Source of the DNA: an uncultured Acidobacteriota bacterium
GTDB lineage: Bacteria; Acidobacteriota; Polarisedimenticolia; J045
Length of the DNA: 64,000 bases
Reading direction: 5' to 3'
Assembly: GCA_963702425.1 (NCBI GenBank)
Contig: CAVPCQ010000037.1
Location: 64,001 to 128,000, forward strand
Shown here: one piece after another, positions 55,000-64,000 of the stretch
How positions within the stretch are numbered: the stretch's first letter is position 1
Layout of the letters: every line of letters starts with the position of its first letter
Program-made: the position numbers and the translations under genes
Notes under the pieces: generated by a model
Told to the model about the DNA's origin: nothing
What the model saw: only the letters and a program-made list of their open reading frames with translations
Databases searched by the model: none

Positions 55000-57635
55000 A
55001 TGCGCCGCACCGCCGCCGCCGTTCTCGTCGCCCTCGTCGTGCTGCTCGCTCCGAGCGCTCCCGGGCCGTTCGCGGCTCCGCCGGAACTCGGCCCGCTGCA
55101 GTTCCTACCCGGCGACGACGCGCTCGCCGGCGCCTGGGGCGATCAATCGCCGCCCGACATCGCCCGCGGCGGCGACGGGATTCCTGGCGGTGTGGGGCGA
55201 CGCCCGCGCCGACGAAGGGAAAGAACGACGTCTACGGCGCCCGGCTCGACGCGGCGGGGAATCCGGTCGGCGCGTCGTTCGCCATCAATCAGGACGACGG
55301 CTCGCAGACGGGACCGAAGGTCGCGTGGAACGGCCAGAACTGGCTCGTCGTCTTCCTGAGCGATGGACTTCTCAAGGCGGCGCGCGTCGCGCCGGACGGG
55401 ACGGTGCTCGACGCGGCGCCGATCCAGCTCGCGAACCCGGGTGCGGGTGCCGGCTACACGATCGCGAGCGACGGCTCGTCGTGGGCCGTCCTGTGGGCCG
55501 GGACGTCGGCAGGGAAGGCCGACCTCCGCGGGGCGCGGATCTCCCGAGCGGGCGTCGTGCTCGATCCGGGCGGGGTCCAGATCCTCCCCGAGACGTACTA
55601 CATCCGAAGCGTCGGCCCGATGGCGTTCTGCCAGAGCCGCTACGTCATGGTCTGGGCCGACGATTCGGGCGTCGTGGCGCTGCGACTGACCCCGACGCTG
55701 CAGAAGATGGACGCCGGGCCGATCACGATCGCGGGCAGTACGGCCTACGCCGAGACCTCCGCCAACATCGCGGCCAGCGCGAGCGAGTTCTACGTCACGT
55801 GGACCGAGACCGACAACAGCTACTGGGTCGAGCAGATCAAGGGCAGCCGGGTCAGCGTCGGCGGCGTGGCAACGACGCCCGCGGGCCTGCCGATCAACGA
55901 GAACAAGTCCGGCGGAAACGGCGCCGACGTCGCGTGGGACGGGACGCAGTGGATCGTCGCCTGGACCGGTGCGGGCGCCTTCGCCAACCGGATCTCGGCC
56001 GCCGGCAGCGTCCTCGACGGGACGGGCTTCCAGCTCGCGTCGGCGACGGCGTTCTTCGACGCGCGCAGCGCCGCGGTCGCCGGCGCTCCCGGCGGCGGGG
56101 CGAAGGTGGTCTGGATGGACTACCGCTCGCACCTCGAGAACGACATCTGGGGCGCGTCCGTGCGGCCGGCCGGCGGCGCGAACGGTCCCGACGCGCTCGT
56201 CAGCGTCAGCGCACCCTCACAGCAGAACCCGAGGATCGTCTGGAACGGCAGCGGCTACACGGTCGCCTGGCTCAGCCAGACGTCGACCGTCTCGCGCGTC
56301 CTCGTCCAGCGTCTCGACGCCAGCGGCGTGCCGATCGACCAACAGCCGGTCGAGGTCGTCGCCGGGCCGAACCTCGTCGAGCCCTGGATCGCGTGGAGCG
56401 GGACGCGCTACCTCGTAACCTGGAAGTCGCGCACGAACGTCCGGGTCTATGCCCGCCGCCTTGCGCCCGACCTCTCGTTCCAGGACGCCGCGCCGATCGA
56501 CGTGATGACCGGCGACGGCCCGGCCGTCGCGGCGCTGGGTGACGTCTTCCTGGTCGCGGTCCAGAACTCGCCGTCGTACTGGCAGTGGCGCGACACCTAT
56601 GCACAGCGGATCGACGGCGCGACCGGCGCGAAGCTCGGCGGCCTGATCGGGATCGCGGGCGGATTCGCCTGGGCGGGGACGGTCGGCACGGTGGGGAACC
56701 GCTGGCTGCTGTCGTGGGAGGCGCACTACTCGCACAACGAGTCGCCCTACACGCTGGTTGCGGCCTGGGTCAACGCCGACGGGACGGCCAGCACCAGCTT
56801 CGGCCTCGTCTCCGGCTCGGGCTTCGGCACCGCCGGGGTCGAGATCGCGAGCCACCCGCAGCTCGGCGCGATCGTCTACTCGACCACCCGCGCCCCGTCA
56901 GCGTCGAACGGCGAGATCTACCTGCTGCGCGTGCAGGCGGACGGCACCTTTCCGGACGGCTACACCGGCCGGCTCGTCACGGGGAATGCCGACGGCAACC
57001 AGTACGCCCCCGGCGCGGCCTGGAACGGCGCCGAGTTCGTCACCGCCTTCCAGGACGACCGGGCGAGCACGCCCTACGTCTCCTTCCCCGAGAGCGACCT
57101 CTACGGCGCGCGCGTCAGCGCGGCCGGGGCCGTGCTCGATGGCGCCGGCGGCTTCCCGATCGCGACCGCGCCGGTGCCCGAGTGGCAGCCGGCGGTTGCG
57201 GGCTCAGGTGGCGATACGCTCGTCGCCGCCTCCTACCTGCGCGCCGGCGCGTACGGCGCGCTGCGGATCGGCGTGCGCCGGCTGATCCCGGCCGGCGCGG
57301 CCCCCCCGGCGGTCGAAGGGCTGCGCTTCCAGGGCGGGGTGAGCCTGGCCTGGAACGCCTCGAAGGCGGCGACCGTCTACGACCTGCTGCGCGGCGACCT
57401 GGCTCGGCTGTCGGCCGACCGCTCGATCGCGGCCGCGGCCTGCCTGGCGAACGACCTCCCCACCACGCTCCACGACGACGCGTCGCGGCCCGCGGCGGGG
57501 AACGGCTTCTACTACCTGGTACGGGCCGACCGCGGCGGTTCGGCGCCCGGCACCTACGACGACCCGGTCACGACCGGGCTCGCCCACGGCCGGGACGACG
57601 ACGCCGGCCCCGCCGCCTGCCTGCACCTCCCCTAG
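55000..57635 (+). CDS. Large secreted repeat (beta-propeller-like) protein; frameshifts at ~55175-55215
   Basis: GGAGG RBS and signal peptide at 55000; repeats DVYGARLDAAG / DLRGARISRAGVVLD / DLYGARVSAAGAVLD; C-terminal domain shared with 47668-49407. Confidence 0.75.
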
Positions 57636-59914
57636 CCGGCGCTCCGCTCGTACGCGGCGACGGGCGGGGTGGTCCGCTCCAGCGACCACCCGCCCTTCAG
57701 CCCGAAGACGAACCAACCGAGGACCAGCATCCCGGCCGCGAAGATCGAGTCGCCGACGACGCGCATCCAGCGCAGCGTCTCCATCGGGCCGGTCTGCATG
57801 AACTCCGCCGAGCGCGCGTACCACAGCCCGTGCTCGACCGAGGCCCAGGTCTGCAGCAGCCCGATCGGCAGCAGGCTCAGGAGGACCATCAGCGAGAGGC
57901 CGATGTTCATCGCCCAGAAGGAGAAGGCCAGGGGTCTCGTCTTCCAGGCCGCGGTGACGTCGAGCCCGCGCAGGCAGAACAGCATCAGCCCGATCCCGAG
58001 CATCCCGTAGACGCCGAACAGCGCGGTGTGGCCGTGGACCGCGGTCGTGTTCAGGCCCTGCATGTAGTAGAGCGCGATCGGCGGATTGATCAGGAACCCG
58101 AACAGGCCCGCGCCGACGAGGTTCCAGAAGGCGACTGCGACGAAGAAGTAGATCGGCCAGCGGTAGGCCGCGACCCAGCTCCGGACGCGGGCCAGCCGGA
58201 GGTTCCCGGTCGCCTCGAAGCCGATCAGGACGAGCGGGACGATCTCGAGCGCCGAGAAGACCGCGCCGAAGGCCAGCACGCCGGTCGGGGTCCCGGTGAA
58301 GTAGAGGTGGTGCATCGTGCCGATGATCCCGCCCGTGAGGTAGATCACGCTCGAGAAGAGCGCGGCGCGCGTGGCGGAAGCGACGCTGACCAGGCCCAGG
58401 CGCGTGAACAGGAACGCGATCGCCACGGTCGCGAAGACCTCGAAGAACCCTTCGACCCAGAGGTGGACGACCCACCAGCGCCAGTACTCGGCGATCGCGA
58501 GGTTGGTGTGACGGCCCCACATCAGTCCGGCGCCGTAGAACAGCCCGATCGCGGCCGCGGCGATCACGAAGAGGCCCAGCAACTGGCGACCCTGCAGGTC
58601 GCGCCTGAAGGCGGGCGCGAGCGCCCGGCCGACGAGGAAGAGCCAGATCAGGAGCCCGGCGAAGAGCAGGATCTGCCAGAAACGCCCGAGATCGACGTAT
58701 TCGTAGCCCATGTGGCCGAACCAGAAGTTCTGCGTCAGGCCCAGCTTCTGCATCACGCCCAGCCATTCGCCGGCGAACGAGCCGCCGACCACGACGAGCA
58801 GCGCGCCGAAGAGCAGGTTGACGCCGAAGCGCTGGCCCCGGGGCTCGGCCCCCGCGACCGCCGGGGCGATGAACAGGCCGGTCGCCAGCCACGCCGTCGC
58901 GATCCAGAAGATGCCCGACTGGACGTGCCAGGTCCGGGCGACGGAGTAGGGGAGCCAGTCGGCGAGCGGGATCCCGTAGAACCCGGAGCCCTCCACGCCG
59001 TAGTGCGCCGTGATTGCGCCGACCGCCATCTGCACCACGATCAGCAGCGCCACGACCCAGAAGTACTTCAGGGTGGCGAGCATCGACGGTGTCGGACGCA
59101 GCGCCAGGAACGGATCGGTGGCCGGGGCGCCCGCGCCGGGCGGATCCTCGTCGCGCCGGCCCCCCTGGTACCAGACCAGGGCGCCGACGCCGGCCAGCAG
59201 CGCGATGAAGCTGATCACCGACCAGACCACGATCGAGCCCGACGGGCGGTTGTCGATCAGCGCCTCGGCCGGCCAGTTGGTGGTGTAGGTGATCGCCTGT
59301 CCCGGGCGCTCCGTTCCGGCGGCCCAGGCGGTCCAGAAGACGAAGGCCCCGAGCAGGCGGCGGCGTTCCGGGTCGGGAATCGTGTCGGTCCTGATCGCGT
59401 ACGCGTCGCGCAGCGCGGCGAGCGCGGGATCGTGGCCGAAGAGCGCGTCGTAATGGCCCGCGACGGCGGCGATCGAGGCTGCCCGGTCGTCGCTGATCGT
59501 GACGGTGCGGGTGACCGGGTCGTAGGTGTTGGTCCGGATCTCCTGCTTGAGGCGCGCCCTGAGCGCCGCCTGCTGCGCGAGGTCGAGGCCGGAGAAGGCC
59601 CCGCCGTGCGCCGCGGCGGCCCAGCGGTCGAGCAGGAAGACGAGCTCGCGGTGGAGCCAGTCGGCGGTCCAGTCGGGCGCGACGTAGGCCCCGTGGCCCC
59701 AGATCGACCCGACCTCATGCCCCCCCATCGACTGCCAGACGTTCTGCCCCGACCGGATGTCGTCGCCCGTGAAGAGGACGGTCCCCGACGCGGTCGCGAC
59801 CCGGTCCGGAATCGGCGGCGCCTGCCGGTAGATCTCGACGCCGAAGTAGCCCAGCGTCGCGAAGGAAAGCCCCACGACGAGGGCGAATGCGATCCAGAGT
59901 CGCCTGTTGGTCAT
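57632..59914 (-). CDS. Quinol-dependent nitric oxide reductase (qNor)
   Basis: GSIWGHGAYVAPDWTADWLHRE, WWVVHLWVEGFFE, GTMHHLY, HGHTALFGVYG. Confidence 0.95.
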   Translation of the reverse strand: MTNRRLWIAFALVVGLSFATLGYFGVEIYRQAPPIPDRVATASGTVLFTGDDIRSGQNVWQSMGGHEVGSIWGHGAYVAPDWTADWLHRELVFLLDRWAAAAHGGAFSGLDLAQQAALRARLKQEIRTNTYDPVTRTVTISDDRAASIAAVAGHYDALFGHDPALAALRDAYAIRTDTIPDPERRRLLGAFVFWTAWAAGTERPGQAITYTTNWPAEALIDNRPSGSIVVWSVISFIALLAGVGALVWYQGGRRDEDPPGAGAPATDPFLALRPTPSMLATLKYFWVVALLIVVQMAVGAITAHYGVEGSGFYGIPLADWLPYSVARTWHVQSGIFWIATAWLATGLFIAPAVAGAEPRGQRFGVNLLFGALLVVVGGSFAGEWLGVMQKLGLTQNFWFGHMGYEYVDLGRFWQILLFAGLLIWLFLVGRALAPAFRRDLQGRQLLGLFVIAAAAIGLFYGAGLMWGRHTNLAIAEYWRWWVVHLWVEGFFEVFATVAIAFLFTRLGLVSVASATRAALFSSVIYLTGGIIGTMHHLYFTGTPTGVLAFGAVFSALEIVPLVLIGFEATGNLRLARVRSWVAAYRWPIYFFVAVAFWNLVGAGLFGFLINPPIALYYMQGLNTTAVHGHTALFGVYGMLGIGLMLFCLRGLDVTAAWKTRPLAFSFWAMNIGLSLMVLLSLLPIGLLQTWASVEHGLWYARSAEFMQTGPMETLRWMRVVGDSIFAAGMLVLGWFVFGLKGGWSLERTTPPVAAYERSAG

Positions 59915-59948
59915 CGAAACTCCTCCATGCGGTCCGGTGAATAGGGAA

Positions 59949-60006
59949 TTACGGACCGTCATATCCGTTATGGAGGAGAGAATACATCCGGATATTCGGA
60001 TGTCAA
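59949..60006 (-). promoter_or_regulatory. qNor promoter with overlapping palindromic operators
   Basis: TTGACA-N16-TATTCT on the minus strand; ACATCCG-N6-CGGATGT at 59984-60003; related imperfect palindrome at 59949-59970. Confidence 0.6.
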
Positions 60007-60059
60007 GATCCCAATTCAAACCGCAGAACCCCCGGAACTCCGCTCGCCAGGCCCTGCCC

Positions 60060-62627
60060 TCAGACCGCCGCGGAGCCGGGCCCGGCCGGGCGAGGCGACG
60101 AGCCCGGCCTGCCCGGATCGAGCGGCTCCGCCCCGAGCGCCTCCCGAACCCCCGGATCGACCGAGCGCAGGTGGAGGTCCCGCTGCGGGAAGGGGATCTC
60201 GACTCCGGCCTCGCGGAGCGCCCGCTCGACCGCCGCGAGCACGTCGCTCTGGACGTTCATCCAGTCGTCGAAGTCGCCGGTCCAGAATCGGAGCGAGAAA
60301 TCGAGCGTGCTGTCCCCGAAGCCGAGGAAGAGCGGGTTCGGCGGCGGGTGGGCCAGGACCTTGGAGTGGCCCGCCGTCGCGCCGCGCAGCAGTTCGAGTA
60401 CCCGCCTCGGTTCCGTGCCGTAGGCCACGCCGACTCGGACGTCGATCCGGCGGAGCTTGTCGCTGTGGGTCCAGTTGACGACCTGGTCGGAGATCAGGTT
60501 GCTGTTCGGCACGATCACGGACGCGCCGTCGAAGGTCCGAACGACGCTCGAGCGGATGCCGATCCGCCGCACCGTCCCGGTCAGTTGCCCCAGCTCGACG
60601 ACGTCGCCGATCTCGATCGGTCGCTCCAGGATCAGGATCAGCCCGGCAACGAAGTTGCTGATGATGTTCTGCAGCCCGAAGCCGACGCCGATGCTGAAGG
60701 CGCTGACGAGCAGCGTCAGCCGGTTGAGCTCGAAGCCCGACATCGAGAGGGCGACCAGGAAGCCGGCCGCCAGCAGCAGGTAGCGGGTGATGGTGACGAT
60801 CGCGTTGGCGTGGCCGCGGGCGATCCGGGTCCGCGGGAGAAACTCCTCCGCGAGCAGGAACGAGACGAGCCGGGCGAAAAGGACCGCGGCCGCGAGGCCC
60901 AGCACGAAGGCCGCGATGTCGCCCAGCGAGATGTCGAGGGCGCCGAGGACGAAGCGGTGCGAGAGGCTCCGGCCGATCCAGCCGGAGACGGCCGGCACCA
61001 CGGTGAAGGTGTGCAGCGTGAAGAGCATCCAGCCGGCGGTGGCCAGGCCCACCAGGAGCCGCGTGCCGCCGGCGACGAACTGCTGCCCGTGAGTGGCCGC
61101 GGTGCGAAGGTGGGAGTGGGGACGGCTCACCCAGGCGCGGAGCAGAATCGCGGCGAGGGCAACCAGCAGATACAGGAACAACGCGGCCATTCCGGTCGTC
61201 AGGGTCGCTGAGGTCAGGAGTTCGGCCAGCGAGAGGTTGCCGGCGACGTTCGAGGCGATCGCGGCGCCGAACAGCGTGGCCGCCACGCCCGCGAGGACGA
61301 GCGCGGCATCCCACCAGCGGCCGGCCAGCGCCCGGCGCGCCGGGCTGCGGGGGCGGAATCCCCAGGCGAGTCCGGCGAACGCGAGCAGCCCGATCAGCAG
61401 CAGGAGCAGGCGCGAGCCGAGCGAGGCCGCGACCGCCAGGGGCTGCAGCCGATCTGCCAGGCCGAGCACCAGCAGGCCGGCCAGGTAGGGTCGCAGCGCG
61501 GTCGCGACGATGGGGCCGGCGAGCGAGCCGATCACCACGATTGCGGCGATCGACAGCAGGTCGTAGAACGCTGCCGGAGCGCGCGGGAACAGCGGCACCT
61601 GCAGCGCCAACACGCACAGGATCGCAGAACGGGCCGGGCGCCGCAGCAACTCGAGCCCGACGGCAGCCAGCCGGTCCGGGGGCGAGAAGCCCGCGAGTTC
61701 CCGGCGCGCGGTGGTCAGCAGCAGCCAGAGCGCCACGAGGACCACGACGCTGAAGGCGATCCGGCGGGGGGACCGGAGCACCGTCGCGAACAGGCGCAGG
61801 CTTTCTCGCCAGGGTTCTTCGCCCGGTGCCGCTGACGGCGGCCCCGCGGCGCGGGCGGTGAGCGCGGTCCACAGCGGCGGGCTGTCGACCCGGAGCAGTT
61901 TCTCCCGCTCGGCGCTCGTCGTCTCCTCGATCCACGCCGAGCCCTCGTCGATGATGAGTTGGAGCTCGGTGAGCCTCGCTTGCAGTTCGAGCGCCCGCTC
62001 GAGTTCGGCGCGCGCTCTCCCGTTCACATCGTCGATCGCCCCGGCCAGCTCCTCGATCGCCTTGCGCGGCACCGCCTCCGAATCCGCTGCACCAAGGGCG
62101 CGTCCCGTCAGGATCCAGCGTTCGCCGAGCAGGGTGAGCTCGGCCTGCAGCGCCTGCAGCGCCTTGATCCGTCGCTGGATCGCCTCGGCGGCCACCTCCG
62201 CTTGCAGTCGCGCGATTCGCCACTCGTTCTCCGCGCTGAACAGGGCGCGGAAGGTGCGCTGGGCGGCCGGAATGTCCCGTTCGGTGCTTGCCAGCTCCTG
62301 GGCCGCCGCCAGCCGCCCCTCGATCTCGCCGTCCAGTTCGGCCATGTAGCGGGGGCGGCGCAGTGTGAGCTCCGCGAGGCGCAACGCCTGCCGCGACTCG
62401 AGCAGCGCGGTCGAGATCGAGACGAGCGGGTACGGGGCGGGCGGGCGGTCCGCGTCCGCGGCGGCGTTGGCGACGGGGCCCGCGCCCGCCGTCGGACCGG
62501 TCGCTGCGGCCGGCTGGGCGTCGCGGGAGGGAAGGCCGGGGAACGGGATCTGCGCCGTGGCCGGCGGCGCGCCGGCGGACAGCAGCAGCGCGACCAGCGC
62601 GCCGGGGATTCGGGCAGGGGACAGCAC
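60060..62627 (-). CDS. Large MscS-family mechanosensitive channel (MscK-like)
   Basis: GVGFGLQNIISNFVAG, IGIRSS, VPNS, IPFPQRDLH. Confidence 0.92.
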   Translation of the reverse strand: MLSPARIPGALVALLLSAGAPPATAQIPFPGLPSRDAQPAAATGPTAGAGPVANAAADADRPPAPYPLVSISTALLESRQALRLAELTLRRPRYMAELDGEIEGRLAAAQELASTERDIPAAQRTFRALFSAENEWRIARLQAEVAAEAIQRRIKALQALQAELTLLGERWILTGRALGAADSEAVPRKAIEELAGAIDDVNGRARAELERALELQARLTELQLIIDEGSAWIEETTSAEREKLLRVDSPPLWTALTARAAGPPSAAPGEEPWRESLRLFATVLRSPRRIAFSVVVLVALWLLLTTARRELAGFSPPDRLAAVGLELLRRPARSAILCVLALQVPLFPRAPAAFYDLLSIAAIVVIGSLAGPIVATALRPYLAGLLVLGLADRLQPLAVAASLGSRLLLLLIGLLAFAGLAWGFRPRSPARRALAGRWWDAALVLAGVAATLFGAAIASNVAGNLSLAELLTSATLTTGMAALFLYLLVALAAILLRAWVSRPHSHLRTAATHGQQFVAGGTRLLVGLATAGWMLFTLHTFTVVPAVSGWIGRSLSHRFVLGALDISLGDIAAFVLGLAAAVLFARLVSFLLAEEFLPRTRIARGHANAIVTITRYLLLAAGFLVALSMSGFELNRLTLLVSAFSIGVGFGLQNIISNFVAGLILILERPIEIGDVVELGQLTGTVRRIGIRSSVVRTFDGASVIVPNSNLISDQVVNWTHSDKLRRIDVRVGVAYGTEPRRVLELLRGATAGHSKVLAHPPPNPLFLGFGDSTLDFSLRFWTGDFDDWMNVQSDVLAAVERALREAGVEIPFPQRDLHLRSVDPGVREALGAEPLDPGRPGSSPRPAGPGSAAV

Positions 62628-62648
62628 GGGCAGGGCTCCCCGTGGAGT

Positions 62649-64000
62649 CTAGTCCAGGTGCGGGACCGACTCGCGCGCCTGCGGCGAGGAAACCCCGGCC
62701 GAATCCGTCCAGCGGGCGACGGCGGCCAGCAGCGCGTCGCGCTCGATCGGCTTGGTCAGGTAGTCGTTCATGCCGGCCGCCAGGCAGGCCTCGCGGTCGG
62801 AGGCCTGCGCGTGAGCGGTCAAAGCGACCACCGGAAGCATCGCCCAGCGCGGTTCGCGGCGCAGGCGCAGCGTGGCCTCGAGTCCGTCCATCACCGGCAT
62901 CTGGACGTCCATCAGCACCAGGCTGGGCTCGGCCTCGGCCAGACGTGCCAGCGCGTCGGCGCCGTTCTCGGCGGCGATCACCCGGTAGCCCGCCCGCTCC
63001 AGGATCGTCGTCACGAGGCGCCGGTTCACGTGGTTGTCCTCCACCACGAGCACCGGGCCTTCGCGGCGAGTCTCCGGCGCCAGGGCGTCGGCCGGCGGCG
63101 CGATCGCGGCCAGCAGTCGCGCGCTCAGTTCGGCCGAAGAGAACGGCACGACGAGCGGGGGCGCGGCCCCGGCCGGCGCGTGGGTGGGGGCCGCTGCCGG
63201 CACGATCGGGATCAGGCGCGCCGGCGTGGCGGCGCCCGAGAGCCACGCCATGCAGAGCGCCTGCGTCTCCGGCGCAGCGAGCAGCGCGTCGTCGATCAGC
63301 ACCGTCGCGAAGAGGCTGCCGTCGCGGCGCGCGTCGAACGCGGCCCGCGCGGCCTCGCCGGGATGCGCGGCGGCGCGGGCCCGCATCCCCAGGGTCAGGA
63401 GCGCTTCGGCGAGGCTGGCCCGCACCGCGGCGCTCGGGTGGACCACGAGGGCGGCCCGGCCGACCAGCGAGTCACAGGGCGGCGGTACCGCGGCGCGCGG
63501 TCCGGGCCACACCCCCAGCACGAACCGGAACGTCGCCCCCTCACCCGGAGGGCTCTCGACCTCGAGCCGGCCGCCGAGTGCGGCGGCGAGCTGTCGCGAC
63601 AGCGCCAGGCCGATCCCGGTCCCGCCCTGCGGGCGGGTGCGGGACGCGTTGGCCTGATGGAACGGCTGGAAGATCTCGTCGCGCCACTCCTCGGGGATAC
63701 CCGGGCCGGTATCGCGCACCGCGAGGATCAGCTCGAAGCCGCCCCCCGGCTGGGCGGCGCCGGGCTGGGCCAGGATCTCGACCTCGCCTTCCGGCGTGAA
63801 CTTGATCGCGTTGCCGACCAGCTGCTCGAGCACGCGGCGCACGCGCCCGGCGTCCAGCATGAGCGGCGCGGGAAGGTCGCGGCGGACGACGGTGGCGAGC
63901 GTCAGGCCCTTGGCGCGGGCCCGTGGGGCGAAGTGGGACGCCACGTCGTGCACCAGCGCACCGACGTCGGTCGGGACCTGCGACAGCTCGAGCTGGCCGG
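62649..64000 (-). CDS. Hybrid histidine kinase/response regulator (5' end outside window)
   Basis: VGNAIKFT, DTGPGI, GTGIGL, receiver VLVVEDN...MDVQMPVMDG...KP. Confidence 0.92.
   Translation of the reverse strand, partial: GQLELSQVPTDVGALVHDVASHFAPRARAKGLTLATVVRRDLPAPLMLDAGRVRRVLEQLVGNAIKFTPEGEVEILAQPGAAQPGGGFELILAVRDTGPGIPEEWRDEIFQPFHQANASRTRPQGGTGIGLALSRQLAAALGGRLEVESPPGEGATFRFVLGVWPGPRAAVPPPCDSLVGRAALVVHPSAAVRASLAEALLTLGMRARAAAHPGEAARAAFDARRDGSLFATVLIDDALLAAPETQALCMAWLSGAATPARLIPIVPAAAPTHAPAGAAPPLVVPFSSAELSARLLAAIAPPADALAPETRREGPVLVVEDNHVNRRLVTTILERAGYRVIAAENGADALARLAEAEPSLVLMDVQMPVMDGLEATLRLRREPRWAMLPVVALTAHAQASDREACLAAGMNDYLTKPIERDALLAAVARWTDSAGVSSPQARESVPHLD

Overview
High-GC bacterial chromosome window; an Acidobacteriota-like host is my inference from gene content and protein style. 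It is mostly housekeeping and signalling genes: lpxB-yicC-gmk-coaBC-udg, lnt/plsC, hutU, priA, two Ser/Thr kinases (one fused to a sigma54 activator), an NtrY-like sensor, tRNA-Ala/Val, nrdJ, purA, tag, fluC, mgtE, an ECF sigma pair, pstSCAB, qNor, MscS and a hybrid kinase. An ~11.3 kb decayed phage-satellite-like element is integrated in tRNA-Lys(UUU) at 31695-42972. Most notable observations: (1) three canonical sigma54 -24/-12 promoters within 10 kb each drive a short ORF-free, hairpin-terminated unit, two sharing an anti-Shine-Dalgarno-like GACUCCUUU(U)CC motif, and near-identical palindromes flank the kinase-sigma54-activator gene, suggesting a kinase/sigma54-controlled sRNA module; (2) the element shows a strong local C>A/G>T signature (TCG>TAG, CCG>CAG, CTAG enrichment) that I do not see in flanking host genes; (3) the element duplicates the 5' half of the tRNA, separating the intact tRNA-Lys from its native upstream region; (4) two unrelated secreted proteins share a ~100-aa C-terminal domain. 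Several host genes carry frameshifts, so indel errors in the assembly are likely. All calls are by eye; no database searches were run.
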